Shown one piece after another: positions 41,701 to 50,300 of a stretch of DNA of 56,154 bases (positions within the stretch are counted from its first letter, which is position 1; every line of letters begins with the position of its first letter). The stretch covers positions 1-56,154 of the IMG/VR virus record IMGVR_UViG_3300035322_000284; one strand, given 5' to 3'. The stretch is from a virus (Duplodnaviria > Caudoviricetes). Position numbers and translations under genes: made by a program. The notes under the pieces were generated by a model, which saw only the letters and a list, made by a program, of their open reading frames with translations, ran no database searches and was not told the origin of the DNA.

Positions 41701-44170
41701 CAAGCAAGTTGGGGCCAATGGTAATGTTCGTGCCATAGACAGAATATTTAAGTTTGATCCAGTTATAATTACCCAGTTTAATTTAGATGTGGAAAATAAC
41801 TATCCAGTGTTTAACGGCGCAAGCGATTACCCTTCAAATGTATATGTCAGAAGAGCAAATGATGTTTTGAGTGCTACATTTGATTTGTATAAATCCAACA
41901 AGTATGTAACATCAGGTACTGGTTGGAAAACTACTGACTGGGATCTACAGGAAGCACCATACACAGACATTGTCACAAACGTAGACGTAGTATATGACAT
42001 AGTAGAGTCAGGCAACCTTAACTTTACACTTGCTCTGCTTAAAAACAAAGTAGGTGGTGACTGGCAGGGCGAGACCCTGGACGCCAATGTGTTTACCAAG
42101 GTAGTACCTGGCGCTGATCCCACATATGACTATCAAACAATATTTGGTTATGGCACAGAAGACTATGAACAGTTTTACTGGGATGTGGTACAGGAAGTCA
42201 ACAACTATGTTGGCATCTTTAAGCCGCCACCAGAGGTCAACCTCAGGAGAAATGACAGAGACTACGACGGTTTCGACGGTATTAGTTTCCTCAGAGTATT
42301 GTATGGCGAAGAACGCCCCGAAGAATTAGTGCAGGTTGATCCATACGATCCTAACATTCTAAATGTATATACCAATACAGAAACAACACCCATACCCATA
42401 GGTGCGGCTGATGTGTGGACTAATCCACGTACTGGTATAACAGAAGTTGGATTAAACGGTAACGTTGTGGTTAACGCTGGTGGTGCGATCACACAAGTAA
42501 ATCTCAGTGATGACCTCATTGACAGAAGTTATGGCACATGTAGAGTGGTTGATATTCATGCCGTGGATACTGATGGCACTGGTAGTGGTGCTGAGTTTAG
42601 AGTAAACTTACAAACACCACCAGCTGGCTGGCCAGGTGGCGCATCATGGCCACAACTTAGCAACGTTGAAGTTGTTAGTGGGGGCACAGGATATTTTACT
42701 AGCACCACAACTGTTTATCTCACGGTGGCGCTAGCTAAGAATGCTCAACCAGTACAGTTCCAGATATTCCAGAGCTTGTTTGGACAGACAGACTATAGCA
42801 GAGTCAGAGAGCGTACATACCTCAAGGAAGACTTGTACACCTGGACTGAAGAAATTGTACTAGTTGATCCTAGCTTAGTGCCCGATCCACTGCCAGGAAA
42901 GCCTGGACTAATGTGGGTAGATGGATCAGAGCTTATTGAATATTCGCGCAAAGATCCAAACACCGGAGTTATTACGCAATTCAGACGCGGAGCCGAAGGC
43001 ACTACCATACAGGATTGGAGTGCTAATGTAGCAGTTTGGGACGGCAGTGAAGAAAGTAAATTTAATGACATTGATCCCTGGAGAAATATTTGGTTGGATC
43101 AGGGATTCAGATACGGAGCAATTTATAACTGGGACGACAACAACTACGAAGATAATGATGATTCAGGAAACATATTCATAATGAATGATGAATCAAACGT
43201 TAGTAGTATGATCAACGAAGCAAATCTTGACATACTTATAAGTGAAGTTTTGGGCGCCAATGTTGGTACTGGCTGGCAACCAGGCTGGGACTATGGTAAT
43301 ATTACTAGTATAACATGTAACGTATCAAGTATTTCCTACATAGAACAGGGCAAGGCTAGATTTACCATGGATTGTGAAATACCCAGAAATGTGGGCTTCT
43401 GTCAGATTACTACTGATTTTGCCCAGGGCGAAATAGACTTTGTAATCGACGATTCACCGTTTGGTAATGTAATTGTGTTGGAGAGCCCATTAACAAATAT
43501 TAGCATTATTGCTGAACAACTTAGTGGTGGTGGTAACGGCAATGTGATATCTAATGTACTCTTAGTACCACAAGGCAATGAGCAGTACGATGCCTATGCT
43601 ACTGTTAGAAGTAATTCATGGGTAAATGCCACAGCCACAGGTAATATTAGTATCACAGAAAACTTTACACCTGTATTGGAACCCAATGCTAATATAACCG
43701 GTTTTGCTGACATTACTGGACTAGATGTATACGGTGTAGCCAACACTATTAACAATTTTGGATTACCCACAGTATCAGCCAGAGTAGATGATGTTTGGAT
43801 GGGAGCACCAGCTCAGAGAAGAAAGTATCTCAGATTATCTGGTAGATTCTTTACTGTAAATGAAATAGATACACCAGTGTTACACATTGATACTGGTACA
43901 TACAACGCAGAATGGTTTCAGTACAACAAGGTACAAAATAACACAATTATTGTAACAGATGATTTGTGGACAAGTGAAAACCTTGTGGAGGGCATGACCA
44001 ACACCAAAGTAACATTTAATATTGATTTAAACAATATACCCTGGGATTATGCTAATGCCACAGGATTCCCAGCACTTAGCTTGGCTGACCTTGCCAACAC
44101 AGACAGCACAGACAATAACAGTATCATGAAGTTCCTACATGGTATCGATCAAGACCCAACCGAATTGTAA
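32717..44170 (+). CDS. Giant virion structural protein (3817 aa; baseplate wedge C-part-like core with long novel N-terminal region)
   Basis: C-terminal motifs WDPFKGVLPGFIDKEIDYI...WWDTSTIRYQWYEQG...FPGS...EWVES, LDWAFKT, KPYSSKVREY, ERPEELV, ELIEY...RRGAEGT; N-terminal WISxxPGG repeats and a PKD-like segment. Confidence 0.75.
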   Translation: MSNIPYNDLGSLFNSGQGQIALSNNGLNVLEIIPEEFADITDVDLNLDTFTTNLVGNPTPELCTGIVSWISTEPGGAPLTTGLLAGNINVSTSGKIDLNWALSLDPANVETTNGFGNVIYDVDYVLGYPEGDLAPGSPSVSYYLNIAYVNADCLDDYANCDLIDPTQNIYQGTCIDTKTSWAGIQTKGSKHCGSYQGAINFNSILVTKPALVWNSSTTSYYPYGSSSTELEVEANATYSTQFDFSAIGTSIVEGVIYSKNALGVSSSMVWISSTPGGEPIATTNGCEAKKIITKTGGQFTIKRAGNTANRDIDLQVLGGEILYVNVQALTTESNPVTADIGVVNSQSTRSETIRIDLQEVQEDNANVNYSAPLGARREVTPIGVASGKNTVFDFPEAGEYLISAMYTDDTGAIYNQSKTITIEPDDVEGVLNLVPRDPNYSVSSTLTRGFLGYGPAYQCKPGRYQNDERFSSIGSNFTYNGQTYNMTPNMAGCLAFNCLDNCLGTNVTGNGPNGILSRGTVDSCVANYYGTSEKSAEILNWTNPGFTDVVAEVSSDILYYPLVIPTTDLSDTKTVHATVEATGNNVLMWISTEPGGGPDGCYGFLDSYANYYSFNGQMKFYATHSNGVVQKFSKSHAQLEMGHTYYVNVARISGNIKSFINGETPTFVPNKNITVTFNGMSSWNYADTGKGTNPAGGINVSPIIDGTSSANVAVGSEVLPQSYAVSENYGICAETWDSGNTDDVGVMVTAQSRVAMPFTTTTRMYKGEINLSSGNQSFSNPEQIIAYIVDAPEKTSQSAYGKVVAATNNTTGGVELAFNVDVKVQGYDGVPSSDAVLEPFTTYYMIVENNALKTFTGQRLLTMVYDSAYGLPNTNYDLYPPWCLNSSKQNVGATAINSVPFTTPQTSRPKLGSGINCQFTDNATFNYYSLGQRFTIKGKDIICNSLIANCLSEQSNPTTQDVLRCAGIYHDSLNPDTPFRDPSYPGGLPKDSDNALNTQSPDPEILTYTTGAGMNVYSSGRPIQNPLSGGASAVDATVRQAIDSGDFSDFNLNGLKNTAFTGNSAGVNWQDYLSQFEKYGNYTSFSNYPLTGDADLIPSSFKIRKRKVKNPSVYGFELPLKDGRFINATSQRVTGGAVKPLSKPLNIIARTPRAIKTYNVRDEAYGKVVPTNLNQTYRNTYYNPRSVGAYFSTKGRQIQNIGNTGFISNPGSQGPPGGGYVVSSGANQSIPSTTPRIGRDPIDQGDGEDYILPDPWQPADRDGNITYDKNGEMSVTPLKVDDNGNYVPAGEEAKIDLRQATPEAEFTALKAASVADGSELYINDRKIVFKYGGSLESIKTQINCGKLGVTSVIGEDEATGQQKLIISSCDSSPWTVANGCGGGVFQQVGDFHINRGFDQSKSVTSVFVPQSQLVGESGPDANTVIINIPYTDQNFPNTGRLVDVNFDRNLYIDPTYPSDAPNKTSAKNFTDFNVPNGSGLFLPQETVTQSTSGKGYQVGDRLRLVGGTPVNTNKGPLTVICIENAGAGYVDPGKLTVQIGDGTTPGFGAVAEVFSLDMNGGISEIRLLNYGVGYDPARPPAVTIVDKHSDQAYQNQKITNGLNQFDEVILVANNVIRFDYPEIVESNDSTVEESYIQVTQTYYRVSSTVGESELFIGGANETNDCQMYYGGRTADGNYPSININAGQVFGNVTHTRYKAVVGLPKSFSVNRGQYIRFRSTGSGQNASIVNSLPELLCSDHMIGKDDSGGDIIATNMPIVRHRALLNASTIDAIAAEMATGSVTVSVAKPFLPNTNVGVFIPVAPYGIPKVESELSALIGVDPNKVDAEGINPVDPFVGGYAPLGGPLRVAKFLVTQVDAEGGIAGLKLLDRGLYRVFPSDLTFGIPLEYDAELLGAPTTAQREASGQYVSSDILGGVDPTQDNILYGFTHPEYWDSANEEPIVPFKGATFDGKTGSKHPQWIKANEYKQINKDGESELITYWGTPGAYDPTTLIVLTEVLPDGSTVERQIPKNLELELSEAGVPIKVKTPETIAGGQGARVFLTATDVPDCSEEGTAKQDLGLPDVVRELDGPRSFVNAANAGLIDVGYQPEDIRWEVDGGNVIANVTLNSVFPGVRFNGLDWFGLPSDDYAVGALCIQATLSSPNLTITQQQNELERIYQSSDAFGVNQDTFTLPDTNFQTPVNNSTSEVNAAVLSLLCIDDIQTDPNSVFGDGPVFATIKELYKYDISNIFGQEVKLSGSKQEVDAYIFQSKRFNNLDQIDLFSYQADINGKRPSYIDIPDKLWVDSVTLDDSLANIAVRFPGFTQGGWGYFEDDFMTRYQTPLVDTRYVHNSIIYDPESGARTTDLYPWDPFKGVLPGFIDKEIDYISENDPVVYKAQRHQFGVKQIGAVWWDTSTIRYQWYEQGTNVDRWKNWGKAFPGSTVIVCEWVESRAKPENWSGDGTPRWVNRYITERRWDAVKQEYSFFYYYWVMNRTTVDARLRETRNRQYDTRTIARYLSDPVGFGIHMISFLSNNAVMFSNLSDVLRDSGNHVQINLSRDLDPDGIKHTAWKLIREDDDNSTIPDNITLKLTDSLAAENQVGEVVPDPGLSSVMSYGAGFRPRQSMFVNIKESRRTMAFVLNEIFANLKLYTDFPTWDNNFPSTDTWQYIERVNYYSVIYVDENTNEPVRYDDSYKPIFNVATISDLNALTDLPDGTVVQVAGTELAEPQLWIYNAESNDFSQIAILNDTIRFKDSVFTDDTNSQMSLEIRNVLNLFNDDLFQRFNFWNILFFEMLKYAYMEQRQLDWAFKTTYLYVEKEEEDLIQISGFKPDNYQAILDYMDEAKPYSSKVREYRDGKSPPIEIIGTIQPGDGIPGDGDYDDISSGVPGIPGLPGPGEGPGDGPPGDTNPNAGLRSVSDYDKPPYPDPATGTITILDDFNQADREIMATDPDYVNYFSVTNKADDPIRHINLNLTYDRTNWRFTEYLWNANTTSLEQSISNNIVSLTTQSAKQVGANGNVRAIDRIFKFDPVIITQFNLDVENNYPVFNGASDYPSNVYVRRANDVLSATFDLYKSNKYVTSGTGWKTTDWDLQEAPYTDIVTNVDVVYDIVESGNLNFTLALLKNKVGGDWQGETLDANVFTKVVPGADPTYDYQTIFGYGTEDYEQFYWDVVQEVNNYVGIFKPPPEVNLRRNDRDYDGFDGISFLRVLYGEERPEELVQVDPYDPNILNVYTNTETTPIPIGAADVWTNPRTGITEVGLNGNVVVNAGGAITQVNLSDDLIDRSYGTCRVVDIHAVDTDGTGSGAEFRVNLQTPPAGWPGGASWPQLSNVEVVSGGTGYFTSTTTVYLTVALAKNAQPVQFQIFQSLFGQTDYSRVRERTYLKEDLYTWTEEIVLVDPSLVPDPLPGKPGLMWVDGSELIEYSRKDPNTGVITQFRRGAEGTTIQDWSANVAVWDGSEESKFNDIDPWRNIWLDQGFRYGAIYNWDDNNYEDNDDSGNIFIMNDESNVSSMINEANLDILISEVLGANVGTGWQPGWDYGNITSITCNVSSISYIEQGKARFTMDCEIPRNVGFCQITTDFAQGEIDFVIDDSPFGNVIVLESPLTNISIIAEQLSGGGNGNVISNVLLVPQGNEQYDAYATVRSNSWVNATATGNISITENFTPVLEPNANITGFADITGLDVYGVANTINNFGLPTVSARVDDVWMGAPAQRRKYLRLSGRFFTVNEIDTPVLHIDTGTYNAEWFQYNKVQNNTIIVTDDLWTSENLVEGMTNTKVTFNIDLNNIPWDYANATGFPALSLADLANTDSTDNNSIMKFLHGIDQDPTEL

Positions 44171-44199
44171 TGTGGGCACTTAATGAAGAAGGATAAATA
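44167..44199 (+). promoter_or_regulatory. Extended late promoter
   Basis: GTAAT...GCACTTAAT-N7-GATAAATA (44192-44199), then 5 nt and ATG 44205. Confidence 0.75.
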
Positions 44200-44204
44200 C
44201 AACA

Positions 44205-44855
44205 ATGTCAGAAGATAATAAAAACAAGGAGAAGTCAGTGCCAGAACAGCCCAAAAGCATTCCCAATGAAACGGCTGGCATAAACGTTGAAGGTCATGTG
44301 TTCATACGTGACAAAGAAACTGGCGAGACGCTCTTAAATCAACGCAACGCTATCCACTATGGTAACATGGCTAACTTAATTGCTAACGCACTGAACAATG
44401 GTTCAGGTGCTTATATTCAGTACATGGCATTTGGCAACGGTGGTACTAGCGTAGACACCACTGGTAAAGTATTGTATAAGACTCCCAGAGTAAGTGAAGC
44501 ATTTGAGTCAGGCGCTAACCTTTACAGCAGAACATATTATAAAACTATCAATACTGTTAACAATGAGCTTGACAAGATTGATATCATTGCTGGACCCAGT
44601 TATACAGATATCAAGATGACCTGTACCCTGGGATATGATGAGCCAGCAGATCAGGACTTGTTCGACTCCAGTACCACAAACCAGGGCGATTACATATTTG
44701 ATGAGATGAGTATTTTTAGTTACCCATCAGACCCTAGTAATACAGTACCCATTAATACAAGTACCATGCTTACTCATGTAATCTTTCACCCAGTACAGAA
44801 GTCACAAAACAGAATTATTGAGATCATTTATACTATTAGGATCCAGTTAAGTTAA
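44205..44855 (+). CDS. Conserved virion structural protein (putative baseplate-fibre connector)
   Basis: EGHVFIRD...RNAIHYGNM...MAFGNGGT...YIFDE...LTHVIFHPVQKSQNR pattern; lies between giant wedge and fibre genes. Confidence 0.6.
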   Translation: MSEDNKNKEKSVPEQPKSIPNETAGINVEGHVFIRDKETGETLLNQRNAIHYGNMANLIANALNNGSGAYIQYMAFGNGGTSVDTTGKVLYKTPRVSEAFESGANLYSRTYYKTINTVNNELDKIDIIAGPSYTDIKMTCTLGYDEPADQDLFDSSTTNQGDYIFDEMSIFSYPSDPSNTVPINTSTMLTHVIFHPVQKSQNRIIEIIYTIRIQLS

Positions 44856-44865
44856 GGGATAACGA

Positions 44866-47358
44866 ATGCCATACGTCATAAACAATACAAGCGGCACAAA
44901 AATATTTTATGTGGGCGACCAGAGTTTCAATACCGAGACCGCGCTTACATTGCCAGGCAGAAATGTTCCTGACTATGGCGAGCCTGTAGACACAAACTTT
45001 ATACACCTCCTGGAAAATTTTGCTAACGGCACACCACCGCAATCTACTGTAACGCTACAGGGTCAGTTATGGTACGATACATCCGATGGTATTTTTAAAG
45101 TATACGATGGCGCAAACTGGGTTCAAACAGGTAAGGTACCAGTAAATGATTTACCACCTCCCGGTAATCAATCTGATGGTAACTTCTATTTCGATACCAG
45201 TGTCAGAAAGTTAAAACTTTATTACGACAACACCTGGTATGATAGTTCTTATGCTGGTGAAGTAAGCACAAGTTACAATACTATTGGACAAGGTTCTCCC
45301 AATTTATATGGTAGCAGAATTAGAAATATCTTCCTGAGAAGAGCTTCAGACAATCGTGATGTTCCATGTTTAGCCATTACACAAAGTTATGATGGTCTTG
45401 ATACCATTGATATTGTAAATGGCACTGTGCCTACTTTATATGGATCAGAAACACTGATTGGATTGTTTAGTCGTAACACAGAATTTGTAGCCTTAGATGT
45501 TACTACTAACTCAGAAGAGGAATCACTAAACTTTTGGGACGAACTTAATCAGGTTGGCGGCATAGGCACAACTATTAAACCCGGCCTCAATGTACGCAAA
45601 GACGCTACTGCTGAGTATCCCATTGCTAGTTTAGCACAACGAGCTCAGACAAGTTATAATCTCAACCTGGGTAGTTATGGTGCTGACGGCGCAAACATTG
45701 CCGCCGCCAACGTGTTCAGACACGACTCTGACAGTTTACCTGTAGCCAATCTCACATACGACCTGGGCGGACCAGACAATGTATTTGCTGAAGCTTGGAT
45801 CGATAAAATATATCTAAGCAATGCCTTGTTGGGTAACGGTAGCAATGTAACCATTGGTACTGACGACAATCCCATAGAAAATATCTATGTCACTGACATA
45901 GAGATAGATGGTAATCTACTGATCGAAGGTGATGTAACCATAGGTAGTAATACATCGCCAGTGGCAGGCATATATGTTGAAGAACTTTTTGTTGATCAAA
46001 CACTTAGCATAGGCAACGTAATTAACGAGACCAACTATGTATTCCCAGAGAGCAGAGCTGGAAACTCCCGTTTGGTATGCGACGATGATGGGCAATTGTA
46101 CTGGTTAGATAACGGAGCATTGTATACTAACATAGTAGCAAGTAATGGAATGGAGATCACAGTAACAATTGATCCATTGCCTGGCGCAATTAATATTAGC
46201 AATCGTCAAGCAGATATTTCAGCTAAACTAGGTTTAGGACTATACTTTGATCAGGATAATGCCATTGCTGTAAACTTTAATGATATTTCAACATGTGACA
46301 TCAAGGAAGGTGTGGGTTGTGACAGACTTTACTATTCAGATGCTCGTGTGTTTGCTATGATAGAAGCAAGTGTTGACCCCTCTAATGAGTCTGGGTTGGA
46401 AGCTCTAAACAATGGACCAGATGATTATCAATTAAGAATTCACGGCGGTGCCCCACGGGTTGTTGGAGTAATTGAGTCTCCAGTGGAAAGCCCTATTACA
46501 ATAGACCAAAACAGATTAAACATCGACGATTTTGGTTTTAATAAAGTTGGCATTGACCTTATACTTAACCCCTTATATGCTGGTGACCAACTCAACGGTA
46601 TACCAGCTGGCACGGGATTAGATGACGAAGATAGTGGCTTAAGCCTAAACTGGCCGGCAGTGGCTGACAATCTGTTTGATGTAGACACCACAACTTTGTC
46701 GCCAGCTGACCAAGGCACAGTGGTAGGTACATTAGCAATTAAGCGCAAGCTCAATGATCCCACTGAGCCAGCATCACATGTAATTTTTATCGATAAAATT
46801 ACTAAATTAGGCAGTGGTGGTGAATCTGTAGAAGATATTGTATATAAAAACAAAGAAAATCAAATGGGAGTCAATTCTGGCTCCATAATATTTGGTCCCA
46901 CAACTACCAGTAGCCAGTATTACTGGCAAGCTGGCTATAATAATTTAGAAAGCACAAATTATAATAGTTTAGGAACCATACAACACAAGGGCGATATCAG
47001 AGTCATAGGCGGGTCGACTTCAGCTCCTGGAAATCTTATTGCTGATGGCGATGTAACTGCCCGCAGAGTAACACAGACCTCCGATGAAAGATTAAAGAAA
47101 AATATATCACCCATACAACATGGCCTAGACAAGGTTCTTAAATTACAGGGTGTAGAATATCAGTACATCGCTGACGCAGACAATACAGAAGTTGGTCTCA
47201 TAGCACAACAAGTAGAAGAAGTTGTGCCCGAAGTTGTCAGAGAAAGTGATGATGGTATTAAGACCGTCAACTATGGCGCTCTGGTTGGTGTACTTATTGA
47301 AGCCGTGAAAGAACTTACTCAGGAAGTAGAAACTCTCAAAGCCAAGTTAGGAGACTAA
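44866..47358 (+). CDS. Tail fibre with C-terminal intramolecular chaperone (peptidase S74)
   Basis: N-terminal LPGRNVPDYGE...LLENFA...GQLWYDT anchor; C-terminal TSDERLKKNI...GLIAQQVEEVVPEVV...VNYGALVGVLIEAVKEL plus coiled coil. Confidence 0.88.
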   Translation: MPYVINNTSGTKIFYVGDQSFNTETALTLPGRNVPDYGEPVDTNFIHLLENFANGTPPQSTVTLQGQLWYDTSDGIFKVYDGANWVQTGKVPVNDLPPPGNQSDGNFYFDTSVRKLKLYYDNTWYDSSYAGEVSTSYNTIGQGSPNLYGSRIRNIFLRRASDNRDVPCLAITQSYDGLDTIDIVNGTVPTLYGSETLIGLFSRNTEFVALDVTTNSEEESLNFWDELNQVGGIGTTIKPGLNVRKDATAEYPIASLAQRAQTSYNLNLGSYGADGANIAAANVFRHDSDSLPVANLTYDLGGPDNVFAEAWIDKIYLSNALLGNGSNVTIGTDDNPIENIYVTDIEIDGNLLIEGDVTIGSNTSPVAGIYVEELFVDQTLSIGNVINETNYVFPESRAGNSRLVCDDDGQLYWLDNGALYTNIVASNGMEITVTIDPLPGAINISNRQADISAKLGLGLYFDQDNAIAVNFNDISTCDIKEGVGCDRLYYSDARVFAMIEASVDPSNESGLEALNNGPDDYQLRIHGGAPRVVGVIESPVESPITIDQNRLNIDDFGFNKVGIDLILNPLYAGDQLNGIPAGTGLDDEDSGLSLNWPAVADNLFDVDTTTLSPADQGTVVGTLAIKRKLNDPTEPASHVIFIDKITKLGSGGESVEDIVYKNKENQMGVNSGSIIFGPTTTSSQYYWQAGYNNLESTNYNSLGTIQHKGDIRVIGGSTSAPGNLIADGDVTARRVTQTSDERLKKNISPIQHGLDKVLKLQGVEYQYIADADNTEVGLIAQQVEEVVPEVVRESDDGIKTVNYGALVGVLIEAVKELTQEVETLKAKLGD

Positions 47359-47359
47359 C

Positions 47360-50300
47360 GTGGCTAGAGCTCCCAGCCGTCCATATGATGAACGATTAAC
47401 TAATCTGGGTACATGGACTGGTCCCTGTTACGATACTAGCTGTGCTGGCGATGCCGCACTAGCAGGCAAAACATATGTAAAAGATTGCGCTGGCAGAAAA
47501 GGCACTAACGGTCCTGTACCACAAAGCTCTATGAGCGTGGGTAATTTTCCTAACAATGTTGAAGTTAAACCTGATGGTACTGTATACAGATATTTTATAT
47601 ACGGCAATGAAACTCAGGTTGATAGTTATTGTAATAATAATGGAATAACCCCAGAGCAATACAACGCTAGATCTGCTTCTGTAAAAGCACGATATTGTGA
47701 CACAACCAAGGGCGGCATACATTATCTTAAAAGCCCTAGCTGTGGTTATGTAAGAACAGTTAGCAGGCCCATAGGAGCTGATGTTTGGTATCCACAGCCT
47801 GTGGCTGAAGCACCAGCACAACCAGATTGTCAGCCCACTGGAGCATTGCTTGAAGGCATAACAGTTGTTGGTAGCAAGGGCGGCACAGTATTTGGTTCAG
47901 GGCCATATACACTTAATTCAGATGCGGCCACTGCCGCGGTACATGCTGGTCTTATCCAGGAAGGTGATAGAGCCACACTCAATAAAAGATCAAGTGGCCC
48001 TAATAAGATAACAAACTTTCCTGGAAGTACTCGTAACGGTGTAACAAGCTTGCCAAACAGTGGATCAGTTACAGGCGTAATATCAGAAGTCGCAATTATA
48101 GATTCTGGTCCCATGGGAAGTACTACTACTTCAATTGAACCCATATTGGTCAATGGTGAGAATGCGGATCTTGATGTAGAGCTAAATGCCAGTCGGAATA
48201 TTATTAAAGTAAACATACTGGGTGGTGGTAGTGGATACAGAATAGGCGATACATTTAAAGTTACAAGTTTAACTTTTGGTAGCGGCGCTTCAGACGGATT
48301 ACTACAAGTTACTGGCATTAAGACAGTTGAAGCCGGCGGTGGTTGTGGAATCGATCTGGAATTAGTAAAAATCTTTACACCAGACCCACAACCACAGTGT
48401 GACCCACTCGTAAATCAAAGAACAGAAAATCTCACTGTGGGAACTGCTACTACCCGAGGAGGTTTAGGCAGAGTAAAACTGCTAAATCGATTCCCACCTC
48501 GGAAATACATCACAACTCTACCATCTGAAATGGGCGGCGGGGCGAACAACGCGCCCGATTCTGAAACAAACTGGTACTATACTTGCCCAATGTTTGATAT
48601 CAAGAATGACAATGAGGCTGCCAGCGGCGGTCCCATAACCGGAATAAGACTTACAAGTAGCGGTATAGGTATTAGTGGTCAAAGCGTTTACTTTAACTAT
48701 TTAGATTCTACTGGCTCCGGCGCAGACTTTAATCAAACTATTGTCGGAGGCAAACTCACAAACGTTACAATAGCTAGCGCCGGAGATGGATATCAAGTTG
48801 GGGATAGATTTCAAACTTCTTTTTTAAGTTTTGGTGGTGGATCAACGGGCGGCACCTGGGAAGTAACGTCTATCGCTGACAATGGCGGCGCAGGACAAAA
48901 GTGTGACGACGTAGACGGTATAACATATACATGGAAACATATTTCCGGACCATCAAAGGGTGAATCACACAATGGCTTTAGCATGGGCCATAATGTTAGA
49001 TCGTATAATAATCAAACTGACAACAAAGGATGTCTGGGCGGCAAAAACTGTTCACCTTTTCCTAATGAATCTGCTGACCCACAGAGACATATTAACTTTT
49101 TTGTGTTTGACATTCCCGGTGGGGGAAGTGATAATGGTTTCCCAACCCCGGGCAAAGAAGGATCCGGATATGCCATAGGAGATGTATTTGAACTTCGTCC
49201 CCTAAGCAATAACACTGAATTTTTAGATATGAATATTCCTCTAAAAATTGAAGTTGAAACATTGTTTGAACCCGAGTCAAGTGGCCAAGGCACAGTAGAT
49301 TATGTAGTGGAAGATGATGTAGGCGTAATATACAACGATCCTAGCGTACTTGATGTAGTTATTAGCGCAGTTATATCTATAGATACTAGTAACACAACAG
49401 ATAAGGCATTGTTTGATGCAGCCACAAATACATTCAATCTTTTCCAACAACAATTAAACAGAGTTCCATCTGCTATTGAGTTTCAGCAATATACCAGATT
49501 AATTTATGCCGATAATGGCATAGTTACCCTGGCTACTAGTAATAAATTCAGAGAAGATTTTGAAGCCTTCATAGGCCTTACTCCCGAATTAAAAAGTTGT
49601 GCTACTGGCCAGGGTGAGACCACTAAGGTATGCTCCGATGGCACAGTTGTACCCATAGATGCCACATGTCCGGATGATGGTGGTCCCATAGGCGGTAATA
49701 ATGGAATTTGTGACGTTGATAGAAATAGTTTCTATAGAGGCACAGGTTCCACAACAAACGGTCAAGTAGATCTCAATGAAATTTGGAATTTTCTGGGCAG
49801 TCCCAGAAACAATGGCGATGGCATATGCCCCAGGCCCGTGAATGATGCTGGCCTAGGTCAGGACAATGAACCAGATCTGTCAGATTTTGCTGGCATGAAG
49901 ATTCAAAAATGGATACCTTGCGGCAATAATACAAATAATGGAAATCCAGATCTAGGCACATATGTTGATATCATAGTGCCGTGTAAAGTGTGCGAAGATA
50001 TTACAGTTGAAGATGATCTTGCCGTTTACGACTTTGATAGCAAAGTAACCTGGAACAACGGATCATTTAACACTGTTAATCTTGTCGCAGAAACTAAAAA
50101 TTCTACAGCAGAGGCGATTAATCAAAAGTATGTGGAAGTACTGGGCAGACCAGCTGACCAGCCTGGATTTCTTCACTGGTATAATGATATACTCGAGGGA
50201 GATACCCTAGATCAAGTTTTTTCTAATATCCAGAGGGCATATGACGGTGGTGAGAAAAACCGTGGTGGTGTTAAAAAGATAGAATCCTTTTGTGAGTGGA

